Source: a virus (taxonomy: Duplodnaviria > Caudoviricetes). Taken from it: DNA of 64,000 bases. The position numbers and the translations under genes were made by a program. Position 1 is the stretch's first letter, and the number at the start of each line of letters is the position of its first letter. Positions 19,274 to 27,826 of this stretch are shown piece after piece. Location of the stretch: IMG/VR virus record IMGVR_UViG_3300013121_000005, positions 1 to 64,000 of that record; one strand, written 5' to 3'. Under the pieces are notes generated by a model, which was not told where the DNA came from, ran no database searches, and saw nothing but the letters and a program-made list of their open reading frames with translations.

Positions 19274-20026
19274 TCAATAGATATGCCCGGCTTCGGTTAG
19301 CGCCGTGTAGACGGCCTTGATGATCTTGGCCTCGTTCATGGAGTTCAAGTGGGGGCTGATCTGCTTCCACTTGTTGCTCGTATTCATGAGCTTGGTGACG
19401 AAGGCGTGGTTGTTCTTGGGCTCTATGCGTCTGAATCCTCGTGCCTTTGGCATGATCTCATCGAGAATTTGTTGCATAAAGGCTCGAACTTCGTGGGGGG
19501 AGTTGTAGTACCCCTTCATGTCCTTCGGTTGGTCGTTTTGATCCACCTGGTTCACCCCCTTCTGGATGAACCAAAACTCAGCAACATGGGTAAGTTCGTG
19601 TACTAACTCGTAGTTGATTAGGTACTTGAGCCCTTTGGCGCCTTCATCGTCTGCGTCTGTGAAGGCGCTCATGGGGAGGCTTCCGTTCAGACCGATTCCG
19701 AGGGATACCTCTCCATCCTCTAGAAGGTCTGCCGTACGGACATTGGCTTCAATGATTAGGCTAGGGGACTTGCTGTACTTCGAGTAGAAGTAACCGTAAA
19801 CTTGAACAGGTCTTCCGGTAACGGTCGTGGTCTTCCAGGTCCAGTCGAGAACCTTGGAGTCATTCCCCATCAGCATGTCTTGGTGGGGTTGTTTCGCGGC
19901 GTAGTTCGCTACCTGCTTCGCCAAGTCTTCGGCGAGCTGCTTGATCGCTTTCTTGTCAAGCGGAATGGGCCGTGTAGCTTCAAGAAATCGAGTTGCGATA
20001 CGGCTGATGATTCGGATTGCCTTCAC
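19274..20026 (-). CDS. HExxH zincin-like protein with RIATRF motif
   Basis: ISRIATRF; HELTH; YYNSPHEVRA. Confidence 0.7.
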   Translation of the reverse strand: MKAIRIISRIATRFLEATRPIPLDKKAIKQLAEDLAKQVANYAAKQPHQDMLMGNDSKVLDWTWKTTTVTGRPVQVYGYFYSKYSKSPSLIIEANVRTADLLEDGEVSLGIGLNGSLPMSAFTDADDEGAKGLKYLINYELVHELTHVAEFWFIQKGVNQVDQNDQPKDMKGYYNSPHEVRAFMQQILDEIMPKARGFRRIEPKNNHAFVTKLMNTSNKWKQISPHLNSMNEAKIIKAVYTALTEAGHIY

Positions 20027-21411
20027 TTGAATGTTTGGCTTTCCTTTATCATGACGTCAACCATAATCTCCGCCACTTCCTTTGGGTGGAGATTGGCCTC
20101 TTGCATGCCTTCCCACATGTCTTTGTGTTTCTTCTTCATTTTGTCCACTGCCGCTGCTGCGAGTTCCAGCAAGTCGAGATCCTCTTCCTTCATGCCGTAG
20201 TAATGGAAGGGCCAGTGGTCACTTAGGTACCCAATGATTCGCAACTCCCATCCCGACCTAACCCCTAGGGATTTGGGGAGTCTTGTAGTCCCAGCTTCCC
20301 GGAAGAATTTGTAGGGGGCTTCTCGGTTGTGTTCCTCGACTTGGCCGAGGGGCTCGTTCCACATCTGGGTGCCCTTCACCACGTAGCAGTTGCCGAGGTC
20401 CCTAGCCTTTGCCTCAGCCTTCGACTTGCTGTCGAAGACTTGGACCTCGGTTGCGTACCCGTGGTCTCTACCTAGGGTGACGACGGACCAAGCTTCCTCT
20501 GACCCATGCTCTCGCTTGAGTTGACGCTTGAGGTCATTCACGATGTCGTCTGCGGCATCAAGCATCGCGTCCCCCATTTTGCCCAGAGGGACTTGCTCGT
20601 GGCGCTTGCCTTTCCAGACTAAGTTGGAAGTGCTTACTGTCCCTGACTTCTTGTCCGGGTCCCAGTAAAAGCTGATCCCTGGACGGTACGCTGCATTGAC
20701 CTGAGGGTGATCGAAGCGGAGGAAGAATGTGGCGTGGATGCCGTCGTAACGGTCCGTGTTAATCGGCTCTTGTGGGTTGTACGTGATGATTGACCCCAGG
20801 CCCATGGTCCGGACCCCATCCCCGACTCTCTTGATGGCTTTGATGATCAGGCTTCGGAACAGGTCCGCCGTAGGCTCTTCGGCTTCAGGCTTCACTGGCT
20901 CCGGCTTCGGGGTCTCTTGCTTGGCTTGCCACTGGTCGAGTTGGATCGGCCGCTTGGTAGCGGGGTCGATGACCCATCCAGCTCTTTGAATCGCTGGGAC
21001 AAGGGTCCCCTTACACAGCGACATCATGTGTTGCTCGAACTTTTCCGGATCGGTCTTGGGGTTCGCGATCCGGTCGAGTTTGTCGAGATGGATGATGTTG
21101 TACCCGGCATCGTTGTGGAACTTCGGGGGTTGGCGCCGTTCGTCCCAGGCCCATCCAGAATCCCCGTTTGTCAGGAAGATGACGAATTCGGCCTTGTCCC
21201 CTTGAAGGCTTGAAATTTCAACGCGCTCAACTTGGTCGTTGAGCCCCTGTGGGATCAGGGTTACCTTGTTACCTGAGGTTGACTTGATTCTAAGGTAAGA
21301 CTTAAAGGGTCCGCCCTTCAGGTAGTCCACCAGCCCCTTCACAACTTCAGGGTGTTTTACTCTGGTTGCGAACTTCTCTGCTACTCGTTGGATGAGGCTC
21401 TTGGTTACCAT
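20023..21411 (-). CDS. hypothetical protein with RVAEKF motif
   Basis: 462 aa; IQRVAEKF. Confidence 0.75.
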   Translation of the reverse strand: MVTKSLIQRVAEKFATRVKHPEVVKGLVDYLKGGPFKSYLRIKSTSGNKVTLIPQGLNDQVERVEISSLQGDKAEFVIFLTNGDSGWAWDERRQPPKFHNDAGYNIIHLDKLDRIANPKTDPEKFEQHMMSLCKGTLVPAIQRAGWVIDPATKRPIQLDQWQAKQETPKPEPVKPEAEEPTADLFRSLIIKAIKRVGDGVRTMGLGSIITYNPQEPINTDRYDGIHATFFLRFDHPQVNAAYRPGISFYWDPDKKSGTVSTSNLVWKGKRHEQVPLGKMGDAMLDAADDIVNDLKRQLKREHGSEEAWSVVTLGRDHGYATEVQVFDSKSKAEAKARDLGNCYVVKGTQMWNEPLGQVEEHNREAPYKFFREAGTTRLPKSLGVRSGWELRIIGYLSDHWPFHYYGMKEEDLDLLELAAAAVDKMKKKHKDMWEGMQEANLHPKEVAEIMVDVMIKESQTFK

Positions 21412-22019
21412 GTGAAGTTTCCTTCGGCCTTCTTGTTCCTAAGGCGGGCGATTGTTAGCGGACCGTATGCCATCATGGCGTAGACCCCTCCGGCCCAACG
21501 TTTTCTGTCATAGTCGTTACCTGTAGTAAAGGCACGTTCTCGCCGCATCTTGATGTTGAAGGCCGCTGCGTCTATGGTCTGTTGGCGGAACTGCTTGTAG
21601 ATGGGGGCATGGGCTAGTACCCAGGTCGCGTAATCAACCTCCCCTTCGTCGTAGAAACAGTCTTCCGACGGGAACTGGGCGAGGGAACCATGTACCAACT
21701 CGTGGGTGAGCTTTTCTAGCGTCTGGCCTGGGTTACCTTCGACTGAGGAGCAGATTTGGATCTGTCCAGTACTCATGTTGAAACTGGCGGTCGCTCCGCT
21801 CATGTGCATCCCATCAGATAGCCCTAGGATGGTGGGAAGGGGCTCCCTTCCGAAAGGTCCAAGGGCATGAGTCAGGAATACATAGAGTTGGGGCATCCAA
21901 GATTCAACGAATTGGTCCCATTCGGAACCAAACACTTTGCAGTGAAATGTCTTCATCGAAGCAGTCCTTGTATGCTTCGACGCAATGTCTAGGTAACGTT
22001 GGGCGTCTTTGGGTAACAT
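21405..22019 (-). CDS. HExxH zincin-like protein
   Basis: HELVH...EG. Confidence 0.7.
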   Translation of the reverse strand: MLPKDAQRYLDIASKHTRTASMKTFHCKVFGSEWDQFVESWMPQLYVFLTHALGPFGREPLPTILGLSDGMHMSGATASFNMSTGQIQICSSVEGNPGQTLEKLTHELVHGSLAQFPSEDCFYDEGEVDYATWVLAHAPIYKQFRQQTIDAAAFNIKMRRERAFTTGNDYDRKRWAGGVYAMMAYGPLTIARLRNKKAEGNFTW

Positions 22020-22053
22020 GTTCGGTAGAGTGCTCTTACAAGAACAAATGTGT

Positions 22054-22845
22054 TCAGTCGTGAGAGGGCAAAAGGACCTCCATGGCTTTTTCCCTCACGT
22101 CGTCAATTGCCCAGTTGATCCATTGACCTTCGGTCTCTACGTCGACCCCGTTCTTCCTTAGGAAGTCCGTGACCTTATCAAGGGTCATCTCTCTAAGAAA
22201 AGTTTGCGTTATGACATGGGTGACCATTTGCCGCTTGCGGGTTGCGGGGTTTTTCTGATCGGGGCCGTACAGCTTAAACCCTATAGGAATCGCTCCCCGT
22301 TCGATGTGGTCAATCTCATAGTTCAACTTGGGTTCAACGAAACGTGTGAAGAACGTTTGGACAAGCCTGTCCATCCTCTTGGTGCTTTCGTCCTTGTTTT
22401 CCTCCACATAGTCGGCCATCCAACTTGCTGCGTCCTGTTGTCGGTCGCGCATTTCGTTTTCGATTCGACGCATTTCTTCATGCGTAACTCGGTTGAGCTG
22501 GCTCTTTTTGTCGAGTTTGATGATCCTTGCTTGTTCAGACCGAGCTTGGTTGTAGAGCTTCTCGTTACCATCTGAGACCCGCCACATGGCGAGGTATTGT
22601 TTCTCTGTGTCGTAGGCCCAGAGGTACTTCCACTTGGTGCTTTGGGGGGTGCGGATGATGCGTGGGTTGTCTATAAGCTCGTCGTCTTCACGATCTCCTA
22701 AGGGCCCCCCATCAGTTGATAGGACATACTTCTTGCCGTTGATTGCAAGGGTTGGTACTCCTTGTTTGGGCTTGAAGGGTAGTACTACTGCTGTTGCAGA
22801 GAGGTACCTGGCTGCAACACGTGCTGCAAGTAGGCGATTGTCCAT
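22054..22845 (-). CDS. hypothetical protein with RVAARY motif
   Basis: AARVAARY. Confidence 0.75.
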   Translation of the reverse strand: MDNRLLAARVAARYLSATAVVLPFKPKQGVPTLAINGKKYVLSTDGGPLGDREDDELIDNPRIIRTPQSTKWKYLWAYDTEKQYLAMWRVSDGNEKLYNQARSEQARIIKLDKKSQLNRVTHEEMRRIENEMRDRQQDAASWMADYVEENKDESTKRMDRLVQTFFTRFVEPKLNYEIDHIERGAIPIGFKLYGPDQKNPATRKRQMVTHVITQTFLREMTLDKVTDFLRKNGVDVETEGQWINWAIDDVREKAMEVLLPSHD

Positions 22846-22955
22846 CGTGTGAGATTTTCTATCGGAAGTTTATCTGAAGCGGTGTAAGGGAGGGGTGTCT
22901 GAGTTCGGTCAAGACCCTCCCTAAGGAAAATCGACCAGGGGGTCAAAAAAAGTCC

Positions 22956-22985
22956 TTGACCCCACCCTACTCGGTGTCTTAGGCT
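22956..22985 (+). promoter_or_regulatory. sigma70-like promoter of the tRNA/Y RNA array
   Basis: TTGACC-18 nt-TAGGCT. Confidence 0.5.
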
Positions 22986-23029
22986 TCAGAGACCAACCTA
23001 CTTCAACTCAACCCTTTTCCATTTAGGTC

Positions 23030-23270
23030 ATGCTTTCCCTCCAAGCCCTCACATCCAAAACGAGTCTCTCGCTAACGGCGGGGATGGCGTTGTGTGGGCT
23101 TAGCCTGGAAGCTCAGGGTCTCTTTCAGGCCCAAGATTTTTCCTGGTACCCCACCTCCAAGCGTCACGTCAATCCGGAGGTGGGACCTTAGAGGCGGCTT
23201 AGCTGAGATACGGAGTACCCGTACTCACACGAGGGCCGCCTGGGAAACCAGAGCGGCCCTCAAGCGTTTC
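23030..23270 (+). promoter_or_regulatory. candidate leader peptide (23030-23191, 53 aa) plus attenuator
   Basis: Short ORF; 23192-23200 pairs with the 5' arm of hairpin 23231-23261. Confidence 0.5.
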
Positions 23271-23354
23271 TACCCCGCAAAAGATTTTTGGTTGAGAAGT
23301 TGCCCCCTGGTTCGTTGAAGGGGCAAGGAGAACGGAAGAAGCGGAAAACATCAT

Positions 23355-23428
23355 GCCTGTGTAGCTTGAAGGTCAAGCAGTCGGTTCTTACCCGATCGTT
23401 GAGGGTTCAATTCCCTCCGCAGGCACCA
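23355..23428 (+). tRNA. tRNA-Lys(CTT)
   Basis: Cloverleaf, CCA encoded. Confidence 0.9.
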
Positions 23429-23459
23429 AAAGTCGGTTAGTTTCGGAGGTTTAGTGTAT

Positions 23460-23545
23460 GGGGTGTGATTATGGCTCTGGGAGTGCCAGCGTGGCTGTAA
23501 ACCACGTGCCTTTAGGCTGAGAGGTTCGATTCCTTCCATGCCCCA
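23460..23545 (+). tRNA. tRNA-Tyr(GTA), atypical 8-bp acceptor
   Basis: CT-GTA-AA loop, V-arm, T-loop. Confidence 0.8.
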
Positions 23546-23607
23546 CTAGGAGAAATAATGATGAAACGGAAACCTAAGCCCGCAAAAGACGGGCCAAAAC
23601 AAGAAAG

Positions 23608-23682
23608 GGGGCGTTAGCTCTGAGGTAGAGCAGGAGACTTTTAATCTCGCAGGTACGGGTTCGACTCCCGTGCGTCCCACCA
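23608..23682 (+). tRNA. tRNA-Lys(TTT)
   Basis: Cloverleaf, CCA. Confidence 0.9.
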
Positions 23683-23687
23683 ACCCT

Positions 23688-23738
23688 GGAGGGTTAGCGT
23701 CAAGGTGACGCACTCTTACTCGACTTCTTGAGTAAGAG
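23688..23738 (+). pseudogene. 5' tRNA fragment upstream of an HNH gene
   Basis: GGAGGGT-TA-GCGTCAAGGTGACGC with no T-arm or 3' acceptor strand. Confidence 0.45.
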
Positions 23739-23758
23739 CTTATACTCAGACCTTGAGT

Positions 23759-24193
23759 ATGAAGGTCTGCACGATCTGCAAGGAAACCAAGTCCCCCAAC
23801 GAGTTCAACACAAACAGCCGGAAGAAGGACGGCAAGCAGAACTACTGTAAGGAGTGTGGAAAGAAAGCTCACGCAGCTTACTACAAGACGAACCGAACCT
23901 CTATGCGGGCTCAGATCAACGAGCGGACTAGGCGCGTGCGGGCTGAGTACCGACAGAAGGTTTTCAACTACCTAGCAGCCCACTCCTGTGTGGACTGCGG
24001 GGAGTCTGACCCGATTGTCTTGGAGTTTGACCATGTTCGGGGTCAGAAGCTCGAAGCAGTCGCCGTTCTTGTTCAGCAGGCTGTAGCTTGGGGTCGTATC
24101 GAAGCTGAGATTGCAAAGTGTGAGGTACGTTGCGCAAATTGTCACCGACGCAAGACGTACAAAGAGTGTGCGAGTTACAGGGTTACAGGGTGA
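23759..24193 (+). CDS. HNH endonuclease (paralog 1)
   Basis: CVDCGESDPIVLEFDH...KCEVRCANCH. Confidence 0.88.
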   Translation: MKVCTICKETKSPNEFNTNSRKKDGKQNYCKECGKKAHAAYYKTNRTSMRAQINERTRRVRAEYRQKVFNYLAAHSCVDCGESDPIVLEFDHVRGQKLEAVAVLVQQAVAWGRIEAEIAKCEVRCANCHRRKTYKECASYRVTG

Positions 24194-24199
24194 CTTTAT

Positions 24200-24274
24200 T
24201 CCGGTCTCGTCTAATGGCTAAGACATTTCGCTCTGAACGAGATGATCGGGGTTCGATTCCCTGGACCGGAACCA
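24200..24274 (+). tRNA. tRNA-Gln(CTG)
   Basis: Cloverleaf, CCA. Confidence 0.9.
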
Positions 24275-24516
24275 AGCTTCTCCTAGAGAAGCCCGTGTTC
24301 CTTGAAAATTCAACAGGATAGAGCCGTGTGCCTTGACCCTTTGGGGTGAAGCAGCCGTGCCGTGATCGACTCCCGATTATACTGGGGGGCTTCAGCGACC
24401 GGGCCTGTGGGGGTGACGTATCTATCCTGCAATTGAGAAAGAGAAGAACGGTAGTCGAACTCTGTATGGAGGGAGTCTACCGGGGGAGGTGCGTGGTAAC
24501 ACACGTTCCTCTTTTT

Positions 24517-24589
24517 TGTCCGGTAGCCAAATGGTAAGGCAGCGAGCTGTTAACTCGTATATGTGCAGGTTCGAGTCCTGCCCGGACAG
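24517..24589 (+). tRNA. tRNA-Asn(GTT)
   Basis: Cloverleaf. Confidence 0.9.
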
Positions 24590-24634
24590 CCGCCGATAGT
24601 AAAGGTCAGAAATGACCTTTACAACTCGGCCAAT

Positions 24635-24706
24635 GTACCTGAAGCTCAATGGTCGAGCAAGAGCCTGTTAGCCTCTAGGAAGAAGGTTCAATTCCTTCCG
24701 GGTACG
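24635..24706 (+). tRNA. tRNA-Asn(GTT), atypical
   Basis: Cloverleaf with a C-C mismatch in the anticodon stem. Confidence 0.65.
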
Positions 24707-24752
24707 CTGATAGTAGGTTGAGGGGTATTCTTGTTGTTCGTTTAGTGTGGGT

Positions 24753-24818
24753 ATGAGCCTTGTGAAGCGTGTGGTAGCTCGTTGGGTTGCAGCCCAGGTT
24801 GAGGATGACGAGCGGTAA
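24753..24818 (+). CDS. 21-aa micro-ORF made mainly of the RVVARW motif
   Basis: MSLVKRVVARWVAAQVEDDER*. Confidence 0.45.
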   Translation: MSLVKRVVARWVAAQVEDDER

Positions 24819-24997
24819 AGCCCCATTCAAGTGGGGCGAGTGACTCGACGCCTCCAAGGGGGCCTTCCAGAGCAAGGTTAAGAAGACCAAAAAGACGGTC
24901 ACGCAAGCGATCGTCAACGTAGAACGTGTTGATGGCAAGCGGCTCTCGCATGAAGAGCGCGAGCACATCGAAGACAAGATGCGGCTGAAGTAGTTTT

Positions 24998-25069
24998 GCC
25001 CGTAAAGCCTAGATGGTGAGGCGCCGCTCTCGTAAGGCGGAGAATCCGGTTCGATTCCGGGTACGGGCT
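24998..25069 (+). tRNA. tRNA-Thr(CGT)
   Basis: Cloverleaf. Confidence 0.88.
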
Positions 25070-25112
25070 CTACTGCGTGCTTCTCCCCCTTGGGGGTTGA
25101 GGGCGTAGGATT

Positions 25113-25183
25113 GCGGATGTAGCTCGAAGGTCGAGCAGAACGTTGCCAACGTTCAGGAGGGGGTTCGATTCCCCTCATCCGCT
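25113..25183 (+). tRNA. tRNA-Gly(GCC)
   Basis: Cloverleaf. Confidence 0.9.
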
Positions 25184-25184
25184 C

Positions 25185-25259
25185 TGCGGGCGAGTGAAAC
25201 GGTTTACACCCACGGCTCATAACCCTGGAACAGCAAGGTTCGACTCCTTGTGCCCGCAA
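25185..25259 (+). tRNA. tRNA-Met(CAT), initiator-like
   Basis: GGCTCATAACC anticodon arm. Confidence 0.8.
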
Positions 25260-25265
25260 CTAAAT

Positions 25266-25337
25266 GGTCCCGTCTGCTAAAGGTAGGCAACCAGATTCTC
25301 AATCTGGGAATGGTGGGTTCAATTCCCCCCGGGATCA
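25266..25337 (+). tRNA. tRNA-Glu(CTC)
   Basis: Cloverleaf. Confidence 0.85.
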
Positions 25338-25339
25338 CT

Positions 25340-25402
25340 AGATCGAATGCTACACAGGACTACATCCGATTAATGCATGTCTTGTGCACTACTTGTCGAT
25401 CT
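25340..25402 (+). ncRNA. Y RNA-like #1 (minimal)
   Basis: AGATC-GAATG-N11-TACA...CTTGTC-GATCT. Confidence 0.8.
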
Positions 25403-25405
25403 TTT

Positions 25406-25477
25406 GCTCCCTTAGACTACTGGCTAGGTCGGCGCCCTTTCAAGGCGTAGGAACGGGATCGATACCCGTAGGGAGTA
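25406..25477 (+). tRNA. tRNA-Glu(TTC)
   Basis: Cloverleaf, T-loop ATCGATA. Confidence 0.85.
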
Positions 25478-25680
25478 CTGGGTGAGGTTAGAAACGGCGG
25501 GGTAGGTGGAGTTCGCACCTATCTGACACAGACCTCCTAGCTAGGGGGTAAAGTCTGAGACCAATATGGGATAGACCTCATCCAACTTGTTGAGGTGTGA
25601 TTCAGCAGAGGGTCTGTTGGGTCACAACGGGTGTCGAGAACTCAACCGGCTGCTGGGGCCGTACCCGTACCAGCACTTTT

Positions 25681-25751
25681 GCGGGTATTACTCGAAGGTC
25701 GAGTGTCTGCCTTCCAAGCAGAATGTGAGGGTTCGATTCCCTCTATCCGCT
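25681..25751 (+). tRNA. tRNA-Gly(TCC)
   Basis: Cloverleaf. Confidence 0.9.
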
Positions 25752-25792
25752 CCGTGGTGAATAGGCTCATTCTTTTGCTTCTGGGGGTTCCA

Positions 25793-25957
25793 ATGATCTG
25801 CATGTACTGCCTGGGGTGCTCGTTCTGTTCTGATCGCGAAGAGTCCCTCGCTGAGAAGAGAGAGCGTGTCCGAAAGGAAGATGCCGCCATGCGAGAGCAT
25901 GGCCTCCCCACCCTCAGTGTGAAGATGAAGGAGTTTTTCATTAAGCCCAGAACATAA
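25793..25957 (+). CDS. small Cys-rich hypothetical protein
   Basis: MICMYCLGCSFC...; 54 aa. Confidence 0.45.
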   Translation: MICMYCLGCSFCSDREESLAEKRERVRKEDAAMREHGLPTLSVKMKEFFIKPRT

Positions 25958-25969
25958 CCCCTGACTTAT

Positions 25970-26042
25970 GCCAAAGTAGCTCAAATGGTAGAGCAGTGGA
26001 CTGAAAATCCGCGTGTAGTTGGTTCGATCCCAACCTTTGGCA
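25970..26042 (+). tRNA. tRNA-Phe(GAA)
   Basis: Cloverleaf. Confidence 0.92.
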
Positions 26043-26043
26043 C

Positions 26044-26185
26044 TGCGATGAATGCTTGGAGGACTACATCGACCTGAGGCTTACGAGCCTGGTTCCTTGC
26101 GGGGGCAGATCCCGCCTTGACGGCGCAAGCCTTCAAGACCGGCACTTAGAAGGGAACCTGCTGTCCTCTACTTCTTGTCGTCGCA
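26044..26185 (+). ncRNA. Y RNA-like #2 (non-tRNA cargo)
   Basis: TGCGAT-GAATG-N10-TACA...CTTGTC-GTCGCA. Confidence 0.8.
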
Positions 26186-26189
26186 AACT

Positions 26190-26327
26190 TTCGTGGTGAA
26201 TGTCGAATGGACTACATGCAATTCAAGCCGGTAACGTTGGTTCAAATCCAACCTCCTGCTCCAACTTATGCGGGGGTCGTCTAGAGGTAGGACACCGTAG
26301 GGTCTTTTCACTTCTTGTCATCACGGA
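26190..26327 (+). ncRNA. yrlA: Y RNA #3, YrlA-type (permuted tRNA mimic)
   Basis: Y stem enclosing T-arm, loop-closed acceptor stem, then D-arm. Confidence 0.85.
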
Positions 26328-26332
26328 ATTTT

Positions 26333-26352
26333 CGGGCGTATAGCCTAGTGGT
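26333..26352 (+). pseudogene. 5' tRNA fragment upstream of an HNH gene
   Basis: CGGGCGTATAGCCTAGTGGT, then breaks off. Confidence 0.45.
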
Positions 26353-26378
26353 TCTGATAATCTTTCGATGGGTTTATC

Positions 26379-26795
26379 ATGACTGTGAAGGATCAAAAAT
26401 ACTGCCCACGGTGCGATACCACCAAGCCTGAGAGCCAGTTTCACAAGCGGGGGGCGTTCCTGATGGGGTACTGCAAGCCCTGCCAGTGTTCGTACGTGGT
26501 CCAGACCAAGAAGAAGCTGTTGGCTCATTTGCGAGGCATCGTCCGGTCAGCCAAGGACAACCCATGTTCCGACTGCGGGGAGCGACACCCGTACTGGGCG
26601 ATGGACTTCGACCACCGAGACCCCGCTCTCAAGAAGTTTGAGATCGGCCAGCTCGGAAGAATTTGTCCCTCTGAGGAGCGTCTCAGAGGAGAGCTTGCAA
26701 AGTGCGATCTCGTATGCGCCCTTTGCCACCGCTACCGAACCAACGGGCAGCGGAGATCACTGGCACGTAGTTCAACGGTTAGAACGCACGTCTGA
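26379..26795 (+). CDS. HNH endonuclease (paralog 2)
   Basis: CSDCGE...MDFDH...KCDLVCALCH; stop lies inside tRNA-Ile. Confidence 0.85.
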   Translation: MTVKDQKYCPRCDTTKPESQFHKRGAFLMGYCKPCQCSYVVQTKKKLLAHLRGIVRSAKDNPCSDCGERHPYWAMDFDHRDPALKKFEIGQLGRICPSEERLRGELAKCDLVCALCHRYRTNGQRRSLARSSTVRTHV

Positions 26796-26837
26796 TAAGC
26801 GTGAGGTTTGGAGGTTCGATTCCTCTCGTGCCAACCA
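26761..26837 (+). tRNA. tRNA-Ile(GAT)
   Basis: Cloverleaf, CCA. Confidence 0.9.
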
Positions 26838-26897
26838 GGTGTTGTTCAGCGGGTCCTCGGGGAGCTTGGAGCCCCGGTGATCACTGAAAAATACCTG

Positions 26898-27038
26898 AAT
26901 ACCGAATGTCAAAGGGACTACAGCCCCCGCCATGAGCCCCGGAGTCGTCTCCGAGGTTCATGGGGGGCTTCGGTTGTGGTCGCCTTCAAAAAGCGAATCG
27001 CCTCCGAGCGAAAGTCTCTGAGGTTCCTTGTCGGTATT
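26898..27038 (+). ncRNA. Y RNA-like #4 (non-tRNA cargo)
   Basis: AATACC-GAATG-N10-TACA...CTTGTC-GGTATT. Confidence 0.8.
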
Positions 27039-27040
27039 TT

Positions 27041-27111
27041 TGGGGAATCGTCTAAAGGCAGGACGCGGGATTTTGATTCCCGCTATCTAGGTTCGACTCC
27101 TAGTTCCCCAG
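27041..27111 (+). tRNA. tRNA-Gln(TTG)
   Basis: Cloverleaf. Confidence 0.9.
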
Positions 27112-27117
27112 CTACAT

Positions 27118-27191
27118 AGAGGTAACAGTCATGGTGACGGCGGAGCCTCCAAAACTCTAGCGAGCGGGTTCGATTCCTGCTACCTCTGCCA
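27118..27191 (+). tRNA. tRNA-Trp(CCA)
   Basis: CT-CCA-AA loop, CCA end. Confidence 0.8.
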
Positions 27192-27192
27192 C

Positions 27193-27268
27193 GGGTCTCA
27201 AGCAATTGTGGTCAATGCGCTGGTCTGAAAAGCCAGACAACTCGGTTCGATCCCGAGGGGGCCCACCA
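27193..27268 (+). tRNA. tRNA-Phe(GAA)
   Basis: Cloverleaf, CCA. Confidence 0.88.
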
Positions 27269-27426
27269 CGACGAATGCTGTCGAGGACTACACCGCACAT
27301 AACGGGGTGGTCGCGAGGTTCGACTCCTCGCTCCCGTAGCCAAGCCTTCAATTTGTTGAGGGCTTGGCTACGGGATAGCTCAGTGGTAGAGCACCTAAAA
27401 GTTGTCTTCGCGATCCTTGTCGTCGT
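27268..27426 (+). ncRNA. yrlA: Y RNA #5, YrlA-type with extended acceptor stem
   Basis: ACGAC-GAATG...GGTTCGACTCC...long hairpin...TAGCTCAGTGGTAGAGC...CTTGTC-GTCGT. Confidence 0.88.
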
Positions 27427-27429
27427 AAT

Positions 27430-27506
27430 CGGGGTGTGGCTCAATCTGGTAGAGCATTCCGTTCGGGACGGAAAGGTTGGACGTTCAAATCGTCTCACCC
27501 CGACCA
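27430..27506 (+). tRNA. tRNA-Pro(CGG)
   Basis: Cloverleaf, CCA. Confidence 0.9.
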
Positions 27507-27743
27507 GGGAAAGAGCAGAACATCGGGTAGCTCCGGTGTTTGTCGGGCGGTGAGTGCTCACCGACAGCTTGGACCCTGACCACTTTCAATGCCTCTGGAG
27601 CCAGATGGTCTGGCGAGGCAAAGGACCTCCTTGGAGGAAAGGCCCCTGAGACCCCGGGGGAGCTTGGAAGAGGGGCTTGCTCTCCCGCTCCGTGAGGCCG
27701 CCAAGGGCCGTCGGACGGGAGGGCGGCCCCTAGGGGTCACTTT

Positions 27744-27826
27744 ATCACTGTGGAGAAATTGGAAGCCTCGCAGCAGCCCCGCTGTGCTCCTTTGGGGGCG
27801 TCCAGGTTCGAGTCCTGGCGGTGACA
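27744..27826 (+). ncRNA. Leu-type tRNA-like RNA without a canonical anticodon loop
   Basis: Leu-like D- and V-arms, 6-nt loop AGCCCC. Confidence 0.65.

Noticed and set aside
27510-27740. RNase P RNA, suggested by GAGGAAAGGCC
   Set aside because: No matching 3' P4 strand or other conserved regions seen
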